A stretch of DNA of 64,000 nt from Pocillopora damicornis (lineage: Eukaryota): positions 1 through 64,000 of the forward strand of contig NW_020844479.1 in the NCBI RefSeq assembly GCF_003704095.1, read 5' to 3'. Of this stretch, positions 31,401 through 45,545 are shown in pieces. Both the position numbers and the translations under genes were made by a program. The stretch's first letter is position 1. Each line of letters begins with the position of its first letter. The notes under the pieces were generated by a model. The model worked only from the letters and a program-made list of their open reading frames with translations, was not told the DNA's origin and did no database searches.

Positions 31401-34248
31401 AAACTGCAGTGTCAACTGTTAACACGAACGCACTCGATAAGCTGTGATTACTTCTAGTTCTGATCTTGGTTTTTTCTTAAACCACAATTCTCTGCATCGT
31501 CGTCCCTGTAGGGCCATCAGAAGGAACNNNNNNNNNNNNNNNNNNNNNNNNNNNNNNNNNNNNNNNNNNNNNNNNNNNNNNNNNNNNNNNNNNNNNNNNN
31601 NNNNNNNNNNNNNNNNNNNNNNNNNNNNNNNNNNNNNNNNNNNNNNNNNNNNNNNNNNNNNCTGGCAGTCAATTTTCTATAGTACCCCTTCTGTTCACGC
31701 TCTGTTGGCGACGACTGATCCCCTCCCCGTCCTCCCTAAAAACCAAAAATAATTAGCGTTCTCTAAATACTGTTACCTATCCCCTATTGTTTCATGAAAT
31801 TTTCGTTGTGTTGATTTATTAACAGGGACGTCTCCTGAAAGCGTCCAAACACGAGATCAACGCGGAGTTAGAGGTCAGAATAATTATGATTTGACTTTGG
31901 TACAAATGTTGATTGAACGTAATTGAACATCAGTGTTTATGCGACTAGTTTACGGAAATAAACGCTTGTCTGCTTTAACTCTTTAACTCCTAAGATCTCA
32001 TTAGTAATTCTCCTTACTGTCTGCAAAATGGCCAAATGATTCTCATTATGTTAGTTTGGAGAATTTGGTATCGGATCAATTAGTAATACCATGATTGATA
32101 TTTTTCTTTATTCTCATCACTTGTCTGCATGATATTGTATACATATAGCTGCACATAGAAAATCCAGTTACGAAAAAAGTGGCCGGAGTCCAAACTCCGT
32201 AGAAATTATGTATTAAACTTGTTTAATGAAGTACAACATTTGGCTAAACTCTGAAAATTCTTAAAAATACAAAGAAAAGGGTAGCACATTTGCGCGAACA
32301 AAAGCTAAAAAAAAGAACTGACTAACAACTCCGTAAAAACAAACAACAAAAATACGGGAAAAATGTCTACGTCAGTTTTCAATATTAAGTTAGAATTCTT
32401 TGATTTGATTGGCTAATTTGTGAAATCACGCGCTTCGCACGTGAATACAAAAAAAAAAGCACGAAGGGGGGAGAGGAAGAGATAAATTGTAATTTGAAAT
32501 TCAAAATAAAAAAAAATTTCAACGCGACATCTAATTATAATTTGATGAGAACAGATGTTTTTTTTTCTTTCATAGCTCCTCCCAGTTGAATGTAAAGACA
32601 TGGAGAGGTAATGTTTTGAACATGTTCTTTCAACCACAACTCTCTTTCACTCAAGTTGAAAATGTCAGAAACTAAACGTCTAGCAGCTATGTCACAGGTG
32701 ACCCAACTTGTAAAAAGTCAAGAGGAAAAAAACAGATAGGAAAATGTAAAGGAAGATGATGAAATTTTCTGAGGCTACAATAGATTTATTTAATTTTGGA
32801 TTAAAAAGAAGTACTAATCAGAAAGTCCCGTGCCATTAATTGAATAACTTCGTCTTTCGCTTGAGTAAAAAACGGTTGTATTTTTGTTGCAGAGGAGTTG
32901 CTGAGAGAGAGAGGCAATTTTCGATTTGGCGTGTTGAGGTAGGCCAGGAAGAGTGTTACAATGTAATTTCATTTATCGATAGTTTGTACCGCAATTTTTT
33001 TGGGTGTCTGTGTTTTGTCTTTCCTACATTTGTAGTATGGGAAGAAAAATAATTAAAAAAAAGGCATGTTTAACAACAAACTTTACATTGCCCCGAACAT
33101 CTAAAGAAATTTGTTTCTCTTCTTCTCACAAGAAAACTTAAAATGGACGTTTAGGTCTGTTACAAAATAGGAAGCCTATTTTCGCCGCAGTTTTCTTGTT
33201 TTACTGTTTGCGAGAAGTCTGGTCAGGGGCGGGCTTTCAATCGTCGTGGCTTCTTAACTAGCAATAGGTTCCAGCCTTGACCGATCCGATCACACTATTT
33301 TAGTTTGTCTTACATACATATTTTTTTTTCGTCGCTTTCAGGCCAAGATGGAGCTGAACGAAAAAGACAAGTAAGTTCAGTGGACTTATAGTTAATACTT
33401 AAGGAATCCAGTGCAATTGCAAAGTCGATTTGACGTGATTCTATATTTCCCAAGTAATAAACGGCAGTATTCGAAAACTAGAGCGTTGCAGAGAGTGGGG
33501 TGAGGTGTGCATGACCCCATGACATGACTGACTCCTTTCTGGTTCAGAAAAAATTAAACTTAGTGAAACATATTAGGAAGCTCTTAGATTCTCATTGAAC
33601 GCTAATAAAAGATGTCCTTCCCCCTTCTCCATCTTCTGAAAAATCCATCCTTTATATCTAGGAAAAATATGATACTCAAACAAATTGCTATAAAGAAGAA
33701 GAAGAAGAAAAAGAAAAAACAACTCATTGTTTATAAAATCATGTCTGAAACAAGTTAGTATGCGATATTTATTAAAAAAATAAACATAAATCATTCTTTA
33801 GCTTTGTTGCTTTGTGTTGCAGTGAGCTTGAAGATCTGAAGACTCAAATCTGTGAGCTCAAGGAATCACTGAAATCTCAGGTATTTTATATTCATTGTTA
33901 CATTTAGTAACAAGGATCCATAAGGCTATATCCTTTTTCATTGTCCTGCTGAAATAAAAGATTTTCCAATAGGCTACTTTTTTTGCCCGATGTAAACAAA
34001 CTGTTAGTACACAACAAGAAGAACCAGAGATCTTTTCAATTTAGTAATGAAAGCGGTTTTATTTTTATTCTCATTCCGCTATCCCGCTGAGGATTTCCAA
34101 GTAATTAGTTATCACCAGCACAACGCTTGTTTTTAAAATAATTTAATTTATGATTTTTCGTTTTCGTTTTCGTTTGTAGGTTCTTCCTCCAAAGGAATCT
34201 AATCGTTCGGCTAAGCATTTCATTCCCAGACTTCGACGCCGACGATGA
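25458..34248 (+). CDS. Unnamed micro-exon coiled-coil protein (~19 exons, ~290-310 aa)
   Basis: Phase-compatible exons: 25458-25488, 26229-26353, 27311(or 27388)-27401, 27585(or 27583)-27646, 27802-27845, 28491-28539, 28650-28681, 29106-29145(?), 29382-29413, 29753-29792, 30219-30260, 30751-30773, 30948-30993, 31826-31873, 32576-32607, 32893-32938, 33342-33370, 33823-33880, 34180-34248. Most have a pyrimidine tract plus AG and a GT donor. Product is E/K/R-rich with heptads (SEIAQLTRELEEKE, ELEDLKTQICELKESLKSQ). Exons near 27.3-29.2 kb are uncertain and two gaps may hide more. Confidence 0.75.
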
Positions 34249-35460
34249 GACATTTTAAAGTTACATCATACTGAAACTTAACAAGCCTGTACCTTCAAAA
34301 TCGAACTCTAATTAAAGTAAACTCTTTGGTTTTCATTGCAAGAATCTGAGTTGCAATCGTTTTGGGTAAAATAGTTCGCTCTCAACAACTGACTACAAAT
34401 CGTATTAAGTTTTTATTGGATCTAATAGACGGGAATTTTATGATACGTAAGAAATCTCATTACGAAAGATTCATGGAAGTTGTATAGAAGAGAACTGTAA
34501 TGAAAATACTCAGAGTTCAACTGGTAAACGACATGACTTACTTCTGTAGCGTTGTCCTGCCAAATCTTTTTTTTTTATCAAAGAATAACAAGCGGGTCAC
34601 CAAACAGTTCAACAGGTAAGCGAAGTAAACGTGCTTGTGAAAAAACGCTATGTCAAAAACTGTTTTGCTTATGGATCAATGGTTAATTTTCTGGCTCAAA
34701 CGGCTACGCCTCAACCTGTTAATTACAAATCATTTATTAATCAAATGTCAATCAACTTGTTCACTTGAACAGGAACAACTATTGTCATATTATCAACGAC
34801 ATGAGTGTAAAGGATTATTGATTGTTTCCTATGTGAGTTCTACACCTCCAAGGACCCACCCATTCAAGGCCGACCCGGTGCTCCTCACAGCGTCCCAAGC
34901 ATTCATTAACGAGTGGCCTTGAAACGAGCCTTTTGTAGTTGGTTTCCAGCTCTATGCCCTCTCTTTCGCTCGCGTATTTTTAAGTGATTACGTAGCGTGA
35001 CCGAATAGCGTGGAAAAGAATAACAACAGAAGGGTCCCATTCTATTTATAGAACCGTGTTTTCCCAGTAAAATACATGCTCATCTCCTTCCTTCATACCA
35101 TAAACCTCGATAAATTTCAAAGTTTATATTTGGAAAAAACAAACATACATACGAACAAAATAATGAATTCCTTTCAACACCTCATGACCCACTCCTCACT
35201 TTTCCATGAGGATATTCTTGGTTTGAAACTTCTTCACTAGTCCGTGAACCCACAGTTCCCATTCAGAATTTCCAATTAAGGAATGAACCACAGCTGGACC
35301 TTTTTTGTTCGGGAGTTGCTTCGCAAAATGCTTAGAACGTGTGAAACACTGTTAAAACAGCAAGTTATTAATGCATGTAGTGCGTGCCTGAGTTTAGTAA
35401 CCGAGAAAGATTGGAACTAGAATGCGTAGCCGCTGATCTGCATGCTCAGCTGATTTCAAG

Positions 35461-38374
35461 ATGGCGGAAGAGTTTATCGTCCAATACAGCGTGCAAAGTA
35501 ACCCGAGTTATACTACGAATATGGCTCTATTTACGGATGTGACAAACAGTAGCGAGCTTAGGCAACTGATCATCCAAGGAAAAATAGAAGCTGCCCTTTT
35601 AAATGCATCTATGGTACGGTCATTTCACTTGTATATTTACTAACTTCGTACATAGCTTGGGTAAGCTCACATGTTACCATACATAAGCTTAGGTTGAGAC
35701 TTGAGGAGAAAGTTTGCTTGCATTTGGAAGAATTTCAGAGAAAGCAGAGGTCAATAAGCGTACATATGAATATAAACACACCCGTTTTTTAATACGTTGC
35801 AATTTGAAAAAAAAGATGGAAATATGTACACCTTTTGCTTACATATATATGGTATACGAGTCGACGGTTGACAAGTTTGGGGGTACGAGATAAAACCAAT
35901 GGAAGATTTTTATATTCAATGCAATGTGAAAAAACTTGCCGGGGATTCTGCACTTTAGCTGCTTGAAAAGTAACAATATTTTACCCAGCATCTTCTGTAT
36001 GTCATAGGCAGACCAGCCACAAGTTTACTCTGTAAAGTCTCAGGCTTTGTATTTCTCTCGAGAGTGATTGTGTATATATGCCTGTGATTACGCTTTTTAG
36101 ATCATAGACCCATTTCATGTGGCAATAGCAGGACACAAAGCTCTGCAACTGTTTCAACAAGGAAAGATGAAGACCAAGACACTTCACTCAGAGATTGTTT
36201 TTAATTTGTCCCCCTCCACAAATGTAAGAAAATACATTAAGTAACAATACATTGAAGAAACTTAGCTGAGGTATTAGTGCATAGCCCCGCCTATAAAGCA
36301 AATAATTTTTTTAAGCAGGTCTTTAAAACACTTTGGATTGTGGTGATTATGAATGAATTCCCTTTTTGCGGATTAACCCATTGCATCCAAGAGTGATAAG
36401 CATCTAATTTCTCCTTTCTGTATCACCCTTGAATCACACATTAACCCTCTCACTCNNNNNNNNNNNNNNNNNNNNNNNNNNNNNNNNNNNNNNNNNNNNN
36501 NNNNNNNNNNNNNNNNNNNNNNNNNNNNNNNNNNNNNNNNNNNNNNNNNNNNNNNGGGGGGGGGGGGGGGTTGTTGTACTCTTAGTCACTTCATTCTACG
36601 GAAACAGTATTGAATTGCAGCTAGATGGGCCAGTTGGCCTGAGTGTTGAGTAATACATATTATAGTATTGATGGAATGGAGCTTTTTATTAATATATGCC
36701 TGTATCATAATGAATTTATGTGAGTTTGGAACTGAATCTTTTGCCCAAGAATCAGAGAAACATATTAAAACTGATGGTACCATCCTCACAGAGGCCTATA
36801 CAGGCTTTCCTTAATATAGATTCAGCCAAGCCTAAAAGCGGAGCTTGCATTTTTTTTTCCCGCACATCTCAAGGGCACAACGCCTTGCCCCGGCCAGGAC
36901 TAGAACCCGGGTTGTCTGACTTGGAGCCCAGTGCACTGACCACTGGACTACTGGACAAAGCCGTGGCATTGGTGTGCCTGTGGTACAGTTGACCACGCAT
37001 GTTAAAAGTAGCACCTTGTATGGTCGTACAGTTGTACATCCAAATTTTTTCGGCTTGATGGGTTACTACTATTTTGTATAATTATAGGGCTATGCTCTGT
37101 GAGCTCCGCTATAAGAGTTGAATTCTCACCTTTGATTATTTTGAGAGCTTAGTCAAATCTTCAACACCCTGGGAAAAGGAGAATCTAAGAATGGCTGGGA
37201 TATTAATCTTGTCATTGAAAAGAAGGTATTATCCATCAAACTGGTGTGAAATATCTTATATCATTGTTTTCAGATAAATGAATCTTTCAAGAAATTTGGA
37301 ATACTGGACAGTACAACAAGTGTGTTAGTTGTCATTGTGACTCAAGAAAATGCCAACAAAAAGGTTTGCATAAGTTTCATACCTGGTATCTACATTTGTT
37401 AGTTTTTAAAACTTTACTACATCAGACAGTCATCTACTTCTTGACTGTGATATTAGTATTTAGAATATACCACACAAGTGAATAGTGCCTTTCATGTGTG
37501 CTGATTGGCTAGTTCAGAAATGAATAGCAAGTTGTATTCGCCACCATGTGTATGGTGTTATTTGTGCATAGCTTTACTTTTGAAGGGCACAGCATTGACA
37601 CTTGTGCAATCGAGGAATTCAGCTACATGTGACTATTAGAAATAATTCATGTCTTCTGGAATATTAATGTTATGTGTTAATTATTTTTTTGAGACAGATT
37701 CTTGAACGCAAAGTTCGTGACAAAGATATGATTTACTTGGACATACAAAGTTTATTAAGGCTCTCAGAGAATTTCTAAGTTTAATTTGTACAGTAGGTTT
37801 GGGGCCTAAAAACTGTGGAACTTAAATGAAAGAAAATAGAAAAAGAAAGAAGTTGATTTTTAAGTCTAAACTTTTGGTATAAATTGCTTAGTTTTGAACA
37901 TTAAGGGACTTGTATATATTATTTGAACAAACACATTATTTTTAATTTCTCCACAGATTTCAGAAATCAGTAAATTTATAAATGGAGAACAAGTTTCTAT
38001 AACTGCATTGAGCACAATTTCTGACCAAGAAAAAATAAAGAAGGTAACTGATGTATTTCATTTTGAGATCTACTGTACTCATTCCCGAAGTGATTGCTAT
38101 CAAGAAATAATCTGGAGTAATTTATCAGTTTATTTGTAATTACTACGGTAAGTGCGAAAATGACAAACAGATGTTGCTATCATCAAAATGGGAGCAGATG
38201 GGTCAACAATGAATATTTGAAGATGTTTCTATGTACACAATTTGTTAAGGTTTTTTAGAAACTCTATCATTTTATTTTTCTTTTCAGATTTACGGTATTT
38301 CAGACGAGGAACTTCAATGCAGTTCGCTGCAAGACGGCGTAATCACACGAGTAGCAACCAAAGATGCTGCGTAA
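35461..38374 (+). CDS. TPRKB: EKC/KEOPS complex subunit TPRKB (CGI-121), 5 exons
   Basis: Exons 35461-35613, 36101-36223, 37274-37363, 37957-38043, 38288-38374, all phase 0. Encodes [76 protein letters not shown]. Confidence 0.95.
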
Positions 38375-41300
38375 TATTAATGAACTATTATTAGAAGGAC
38401 TAAATAGAAAGAAATCAATCTTTTACCCAATAACATTTATTTAACAAATAGCAAAGCCTCGGCTGTGCTCTGTTCTGTCGATTTAGGCCGTTGCACGACA
38501 CTCGATAAAGCAATCGCAACGACCAATCACCGTGAAGAAAAATACCACAAGAAGCCAATGAGAATTCAAAGTAAAAACACGCAAAAGTGCGGGAAAACGG
38601 GAGTGCCGAGTCGCGTTTGGGTGTAAGTTCTGCATCTAATTGGTGGAGAGGTTGGCGCGAGTTTCATTGGACCAATCACAGGGCGTGGTACAGCAAAACC
38701 AATAAAGTCCTGGCTACTTTCGACATTCGATTGAAAACTGCTCGAAACCTGAGACTAAAATGATTACATTGCTTTCAGAAGCAATTGTGTGTCGCCCATA
38801 AAAAGAAAAACAAACCACAGGGGGTGTAGTAAATATTGTCCGTCCATCTCGGTAGGAATCTAACCAACCATTTTGTCGCCTGTGGGTTTATTCCTTAGTT
38901 GGGTCTATACGCAGTTGGATCAATTTCTATCACTGTGTACACGTTTGTAGAGTTGAATAAAAGCATTTAAGTTTCGAAACAACAGTTATATTGCCCTATT
39001 GGTTTAGATTCTCGCTTGCTGATAACTGAAATATTTTACTTTTCGAGAACAATAGTCGACACAAAATGATTGACAGATTTGTCAAGTGGTAATTTATATC
39101 TAGCAAAAAACCTGTGTTATTCGTCATTCGAGAGGTAGACTGTCAAGCTGTGACGTTCAAGCGACTCTGTGATTTGCCCTTTAGCGTTTTAAACCTTCAG
39201 GTGAGGTTTGTTTTTGTCTATCTAGAGCTAATCGTTTGAAACACTGAATGGGAACGCTCCCATAACTTGTACACGTGTCCAGAAAAAAAAAATGAGAGCG
39301 CTTCCGCTTTGTACCGCCCCGGTTAGTGAATCAGAGAATTGTGACTACGCGCGGAGGCAACATAACTACAGTTTCATGTACACTTTTTTATGTTTATACA
39401 ATAACAGACTATTTCGAGCGCTTATCACTACCTAGATCGATGGGAAAGATTTGATGTGATGTGTTATTTTGACCATTTACAAACTGAAAACAAAGAATGC
39501 TGTCATTAGATAGATTCAAAAATCGTAATTGTTCTAACACTCATCTTGACAAACCGGTCAGATTAAAAGTAGCAGTAAGTTTCACCAGCCTCTGTTACTT
39601 GAACTGGGATGAGGTGGTAAGAAATACGAAATCACGGGTATGTTTTACGTCAGTTTGAAACAGTTAAAAACTCTATTTGTTTATCTACGCTTAAAGGACA
39701 CCCCATTGCGAGTTACACCTGAGCAAATTAACACCTTGGTTGAAATCGCAGTTTTCAAGGGCTTCTTTCAGTTTTAAGAAAAATCCTAGGGAGAACGTGA
39801 ATCATAACATGGGAGCCGACTACTGGAAAGCGTTGGAAAACTTGCATGTGTTGAAAAAAAAAAACTGCATCCTTATGATAAACTATTTCTGTGTTCTTCA
39901 GGAATACTCTTGAACCGCTACATACTCAATCACGATTAAGTTTCAAGTCTTGAAGCTGAAATATCGAGGCTTTGGAGAAAGCCCTTGAAATTTTTCGAAT
40001 TTCAGAAAATATCAAAGATTCGCACAGTACTAGCTTTTACCAGTTCAATTTGTGATAATTTTACGCTTAGATAACTATCTGTTGCAAAAATGTGTTGTTT
40101 TGTTTACATATTAGCAGTCATTTACACCCTAATTTAAACCCTTTCGCACACTTCAAAAATACAGGCAGATCGATTTCGCGAAGCAGACACAAAAAACATC
40201 AGTGTAATTGGAGGGAGACTCGCAATTAGATTTGAAACAGTCATCTGTTGTTTGTCTGCGTGGAAAGAGAGCATAATCCTAATTACTCTTTACCAATGAT
40301 CGTAATTTGCATATTAATTATTTGTTACTAATGACACCAGTTTCACATCTGTTCTCACATCTGTTTCTCAGAAATGTCCTAACATGACTGAAATGGCGCT
40401 CTGCTAGGGCTGAAAAGATCACATACTTTTACTACATAAATACAAGCGTCTTTTTGGTATAAAATTGCTCTTGCCGTCGAGCTTCGCGCCTCGAAAGTGT
40501 TAATATCCAAACTAAATCTTTCTCTGGTCAATGAAGCTATTAACTCAAAGCGAATTATCTAATCTTTTCGTTGATGTTCGCTAGCTATTAAATGAAATGC
40601 GTCAGATGTAATTCACGAACAGGTAAGTTTGTTGCTGTTCTGTATAATGAAGGGGCAGCAAACTGACAACAGTTACAAGTATGCATTTTGTGGTTTTGCA
40701 GAAATTTTTAACTTGGCCTCTGTAGGGGGGATGTCACTATGGGGAGTTATTTCTGTAATTTCATTCGATAAGCAACGGCTAATTCATTCCCGTCTCAATC
40801 AAAGCAACTTTGTTTTCCCCCGACACACCAATTCTGAAAAACAGATGTTTGTATTTTGGGCCCACGGGCTTTTCGGTCAGCTGTCTATGGAAACACCCTA
40901 AATTTCCTCTGATACAGATCCATGAAATTTTGTTCAGACAGCACCCATGAATACTTCTATGGCGCAAGTGAACACTGAAGATATGATCTAAAGCGTATTG
41001 CAAACTATGTGACAAATTGGAAATATTCACATTAGAAACAAACGTTTTAAATAAACATAGTGTTTAAAAATCCCAATTGGCGGGAGACAGACCAGTTGGC
41101 TTCATTCATAACAAAGCCAAGGCACTGAACTCGGGCGAACCGAGAAGGCTAATACCCCATCCATTCCCCTGAAAAAACATGTGATTCCCCAAAAATCCAC
41201 TACCGCTCACCCGGCGATGATAACTGTTAACTAGTGCCTAACCACACGGCTACTCTGCGTCGCTGAAAAAAAACGTCTTCTTTAAAGTGCATTCAGGGAA

Positions 41301-41580
41301 TTATGGACAGATGGCAAATAACATGTTGAAAATTTATGGATTTTGCCAAATTTTACCCGACCCCAATAATCTTAAGCTCATTTCTGCCGTTTCTCTTGCA
41401 ACGCGTCTTATTTCGTCCTCCAAATCTTCGTATTTCCCACACTTTTCAAAATCTGGGACAATGAGGCTCTTATGCCTCTCCTTTCCCCCCCCACCCTTCC
41501 CCCGAGCCGAGGGTCCTTCTGAGCTTTTAAACCAAGTTTGGTGATTTTCTATCCTCGTAGGTTGTCAAGTAGAAGCAAGA

Positions 41581-43000
41581 ATGAGTCTGATCAACAATCT
41601 TTCGAGCACACACTGGCAGCAAGTAGGAAATTCACCTAGTGATGGTAGGTAGATAGTCGACGGTAAAAAAAACAAACAAACAAACAAACAGAAAACGCCC
41701 GAGATGTCAAAATTTTTCGCCTTTTTTCCTAACCATTCAAAGGTCGGGATGTTTTTAACACGTCGACTTTTGCGTCGAATCTCGCGCCGTCTCGTGAACC
41801 AATCAAATGCATGCCTAAAGCATGATTTTTAGATACCAATGTTCAGCCCAGCAAGGTTTGAATTGAAGAAAGGAATTAATGGCATTTGTTGGAGATTATT
41901 TGTTTTTCATTATCTGTAACAATTCTTTCAAAGTTTTCAACTCAAGTTTTTCAGCAAAGCTGACGTATTCTTCTGACGTTATTTTCAGTAATTATAATAA
42001 TAGAAAGCACTTTTCATTGGCGGTATACTTACAGCCTCACTCTATCAAATTGATCAAAAAATTAGACTCTCCCGTTTGCGGCTTAGAAAGACACAAAATA
42101 ACTTGCAGATCACTAGCATGCGCGCAAGCTCTCATGACTCGCGTTTTCCGCCCGAGGGAAGATTGGAGACGAGTCAAGGAGAAGTTTGACGGGAGTCTGG
42201 AACTAATCAATGCCAGACTTCTTGCAGACCTCTTTTCGGCTCGTGTCGCTCAGGGCTTCATACTTTCCCGTAAGTGAAGAAATGCTCTTACCGAAGAGAT
42301 AATAATGAGGGCCGCTCGTTGGCTAACAAAACACGATAGCGTGCGTTATCATTCTTCGTGATGACGCGCATGGCCTGGTGAGTTGTGATCTGTAACCCTT
42401 CAAACCATAATAATAACATGCACATTCTCTATATTATTACTAAAAAGCAGAATTTAATAAGCAGTAAAGAGCTTTCATAACCCTTTGACTCCTACCAATG
42501 ACTAAAGAAACGATCACCAACTAAAGAAGTTGTTGATATTTCAACAAATTCTGCTTGACAGCGCCTTAGGAAACATATATTAAGCAGCATGGAGAATATG
42601 CATACTGAAGTACGGGTGTAAAAAATCTAATGGGTGATCATTTCCTTCCATGATTCTCATGACCATAGCGTTTGATTCAGCAGCGATGCTGTGAGGGGAA
42701 ATTAGACATTAGTTACCATTACGAATTGCAAGGTTAAACAAAATCCCCTTTTCCTCAGGTCTAGAATTCAAAGAGTACATTATCACACGTTCCCAAAAAG
42801 ACGGAAGCGTTTATAAATACGCTGTCCGTGCCGCTGACGATAACGACGCCCCTCCGAGGATATTTCATTTGGAGGGCGGTGACGAGAGGAAAGACCCGCT
42901 GAAAGAATACCGCATGTTGGAGATCGTGACGCGCGCGGATGGAAACAAGGTCTTTATAACTGGGATCAGAAATGGCGGAGATTGCGTTGTGAAGATCTGA
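41581..43000 (+). CDS. Unnamed small protein, paralogue A (101 aa)
   Basis: Coding exons 41581-41644 and 42759-43000 (phase 1), with a probable upstream exon ending at 40622. MSLINNLSSTHWQQVGNSPSDGLEFKEYIITRSQKDGSVYKYAVRAADDNDAPPRIFHLEGGDERKDPLKEYRMLEIVTRADGNKVFITGIRNGGDCVVKI. Supported by homology to paralogue B. Confidence 0.85.
42392..42738. mobile_element. piggyBac-like MITE with a second family copy nested inside
   Basis: Outer TAACCCTT...CAAGGTTAA is interrupted at ~42478-42625 by an opposite-orientation copy starting TAACCCTTTGACTCC. Confidence 0.5.
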
Positions 43001-45205
43001 TCACAGATCAAGAGTCCCAATCATTTTGTCACAGAAATGCACTTTAACTGTTTTGTGAGAATCGTTAATTGTGAAAGTAGTGTATCTCAGCTTGTGTTTA
43101 GTTACGAAGAAATCTCATGGCCCAAGAAACTAAGTCTTGTTTAATATCTGCCTTCAAGATTTACATCAAAACTGCCTCGTTATGCAAATGTCCGTCCCTA
43201 AAGTTGATACCGAAACGAGGCTACCAGTAAACTATGCCTATTGTTACAGCTTGTGTAACATTTCATATTGAACCTTTGGACGTGGATACAACTTTTTCTC
43301 TATATTTAACCTCTAGGTAGAAGTCGTGTGCACATAGAGGTTCCTTTCCTTTGGAAGGGAACCTTTTTGCCGCAGGTAACACTGTATATATGAGATAAAT
43401 ATTTTCCTTATTTCATGTAAAGCGATTAAGAATTATCTTTTAGACTTCTCATCTTTTCTGTCTTTTCCAATTATTTTTATGATATCCGTGGCCAATAATT
43501 ATCGATTATTCACAAAGGTGAATATAGAAGTGGATATTTACCGAGCCGCACAGCAGCGAGGTGAATATTCAACACTTTCACCGACACTGAGGTGAATAAT
43601 TATTTTAGAATATATCACATAAAAACGAAAAAATTGTTTATTTCTGTTAGTATACCCCCCCAAAAATGGTCGAAAATTTCATTGTTGACGTACGATTTTG
43701 TCTCTTCGGCTGTTTGGAGGTGAATAGTATTTTCTTATCACTCCGAACCGGCCAATCAGCGTGCGTGAAAAGCATTATTCGCATGTGTGGTTTTTACTAA
43801 GCTTACTTTTAAGTAACAGAAGTGTTGTTTCGCATCATTTTAATCAAGTTGGTTAATACTACTTTTTTTTTTTAAAAGCAGGAAGGCATGTACACAAATA
43901 AAATCACAGCCATAGCTTGAGCAAAGCTAAACTTCCCTGAGCAGATTGAAGCACTGAAACTGGTTTTTCACTTGTTCGCCTCAGAGTTCTATTATTTTTT
44001 ATTGTACTTTCTCCATCACTGAGATAAAAGTGATAAAGCTGTTGTTTGAATCTTTGTCAATTAATGTAAAAAAGGTCTCATTCGAAAGAGTGATCCAGAA
44101 TCAGGAGAAAATAATGAGACCTTATTTACTCTTGTCAGTATTTAGTGTCAGCACACCAGGCCAAATCCCAAGAGAATGTATTATGACGTGAAACAGTTAA
44201 GCGTTTCAAATTCCACGTTATAGCAATAATGACTTTCCTTCAAAAGGGTTGACGCATATGTAGAATTTTCTGTCCTGCAAGATTTGTTTTTGTTTTTGTT
44301 CTTGGTTTTGATCGTTATGGAATACTTATAAACGAACATTAAAGCGCTTGTCTCGTGATTTCGAGTTATTGTGTGATTATTTTGTCCTTGCTAGGGGGAG
44401 AAATCGAAAGAGGGCATGCGTCGTTTTATTGGACATATCTTCTCTACAATGGATTTAGGATTGAAAATTGAAGGTTCCCTGCACCCCCATTTCCGACCGC
44501 CACTCAGTTTTTCATAACTCTCTGATATATTCTCTTTGTCCAAAGTTTCGGTAAAAGGATGACTCCTAAGCATCAAAAACTTGCTCTGCGCTGCGCGGGC
44601 TACATACCAACTGTACATCAGGATGTCACACAGCCTTCCATCGCGTGACATCCCACACAACCCTCTTTTGCGTGACATCTAGTGGGTACTTGAAGAGAGT
44701 TTTTAAAAGCGAAAACATGAAATAAAAATTCCTTTATTCTAATTTATAATGAATACATCCTTAGAAATTTGTTTCAAATTCAAACACACAATTAGGCAGT
44801 AATTGTGAATGTTTTCTTGTTCTCGCTGATAATCATAAAAAGTTCATTATTCAACGCCTCTAGATCTAAATATAAATTTTCTGCATTGTCTGTCATTCAT
44901 TTCTCATAATTTTGCTTCAAGAATTTGTTGTTTTTATCCAGAAGTTACTCCTCGCAATATACTGTAGTTTTAGATTTAAAGAGTTTTTTTTGCACCCTTT
45001 TTGTTACTCTTCGCACTCCTTCACGGGAGGCCTAAGAATTTGCTGACCTTGATAAAGATACTTTTGATGATAATCTTTATGTCTGTACAAAATATATCTG
45101 GTAAAGGAAAATGAGTTTTACTGTTGTAGCTACCTAGTTCACAGAGACAGTTACGTAAATTTTTTGAGGCGATTTGTTCTGTTTTTCAAGGGTGTAGTCA
45201 AGTCT

Positions 45206-45545
45206 CAGGCCCTCATTATTAGCGCTTCAGAACGAGCTCTTCTTTGCCAGCGGGAATTGTGAAGTCTAGGCTCGATTACCAGTCGCTGTTCGGTAATATG
45301 AGCCTGCGTTCCTCCCCTTGAAGCGTCGAGCTGGCTCTTCTCAGGGAGGAGCGAAGACCGGACGGGAGAGAGCGGCGGGAATCGAGCCCATATGAGGCCT
45401 TGAGCAACACAAATCGTCGAGAGGTCTGGCAGGGTTCTAGCACTTATAATGAAGGTCCGATCCCCGGAGAACCTCTCCCTGACTCGTCTTGAATCCACCC
45501 AAGGGCGAAACGCGCGTCTTTAAGAGCTTTAATGATTAGGGCCTG
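45206..45545. mobile_element. MITE with CAGGCCCT terminal inverted repeats carrying a nested insertion
   Basis: Left end CAGGCCCTCATTATTA, right end TAATGATTAGGGCCTG. A related partial copy on the minus strand at ~42190-42315 lacks the ~45265-45388 block (GGCTCGATT...AATCGAGCC). Confidence 0.55.

Noticed and set aside
42998-43150. UGA readthrough or selenoprotein extension of paralogue A
   Set aside because: Paralogue B ends with TAA at the equivalent position and no SECIS-like element is evident.
45205-45498. 97-aa minus-strand ORF or structured ncRNA in a GC-rich patch
   Set aside because: Explained by a TIR-bounded repeat with a nested insertion and a related copy at ~42190-42315.
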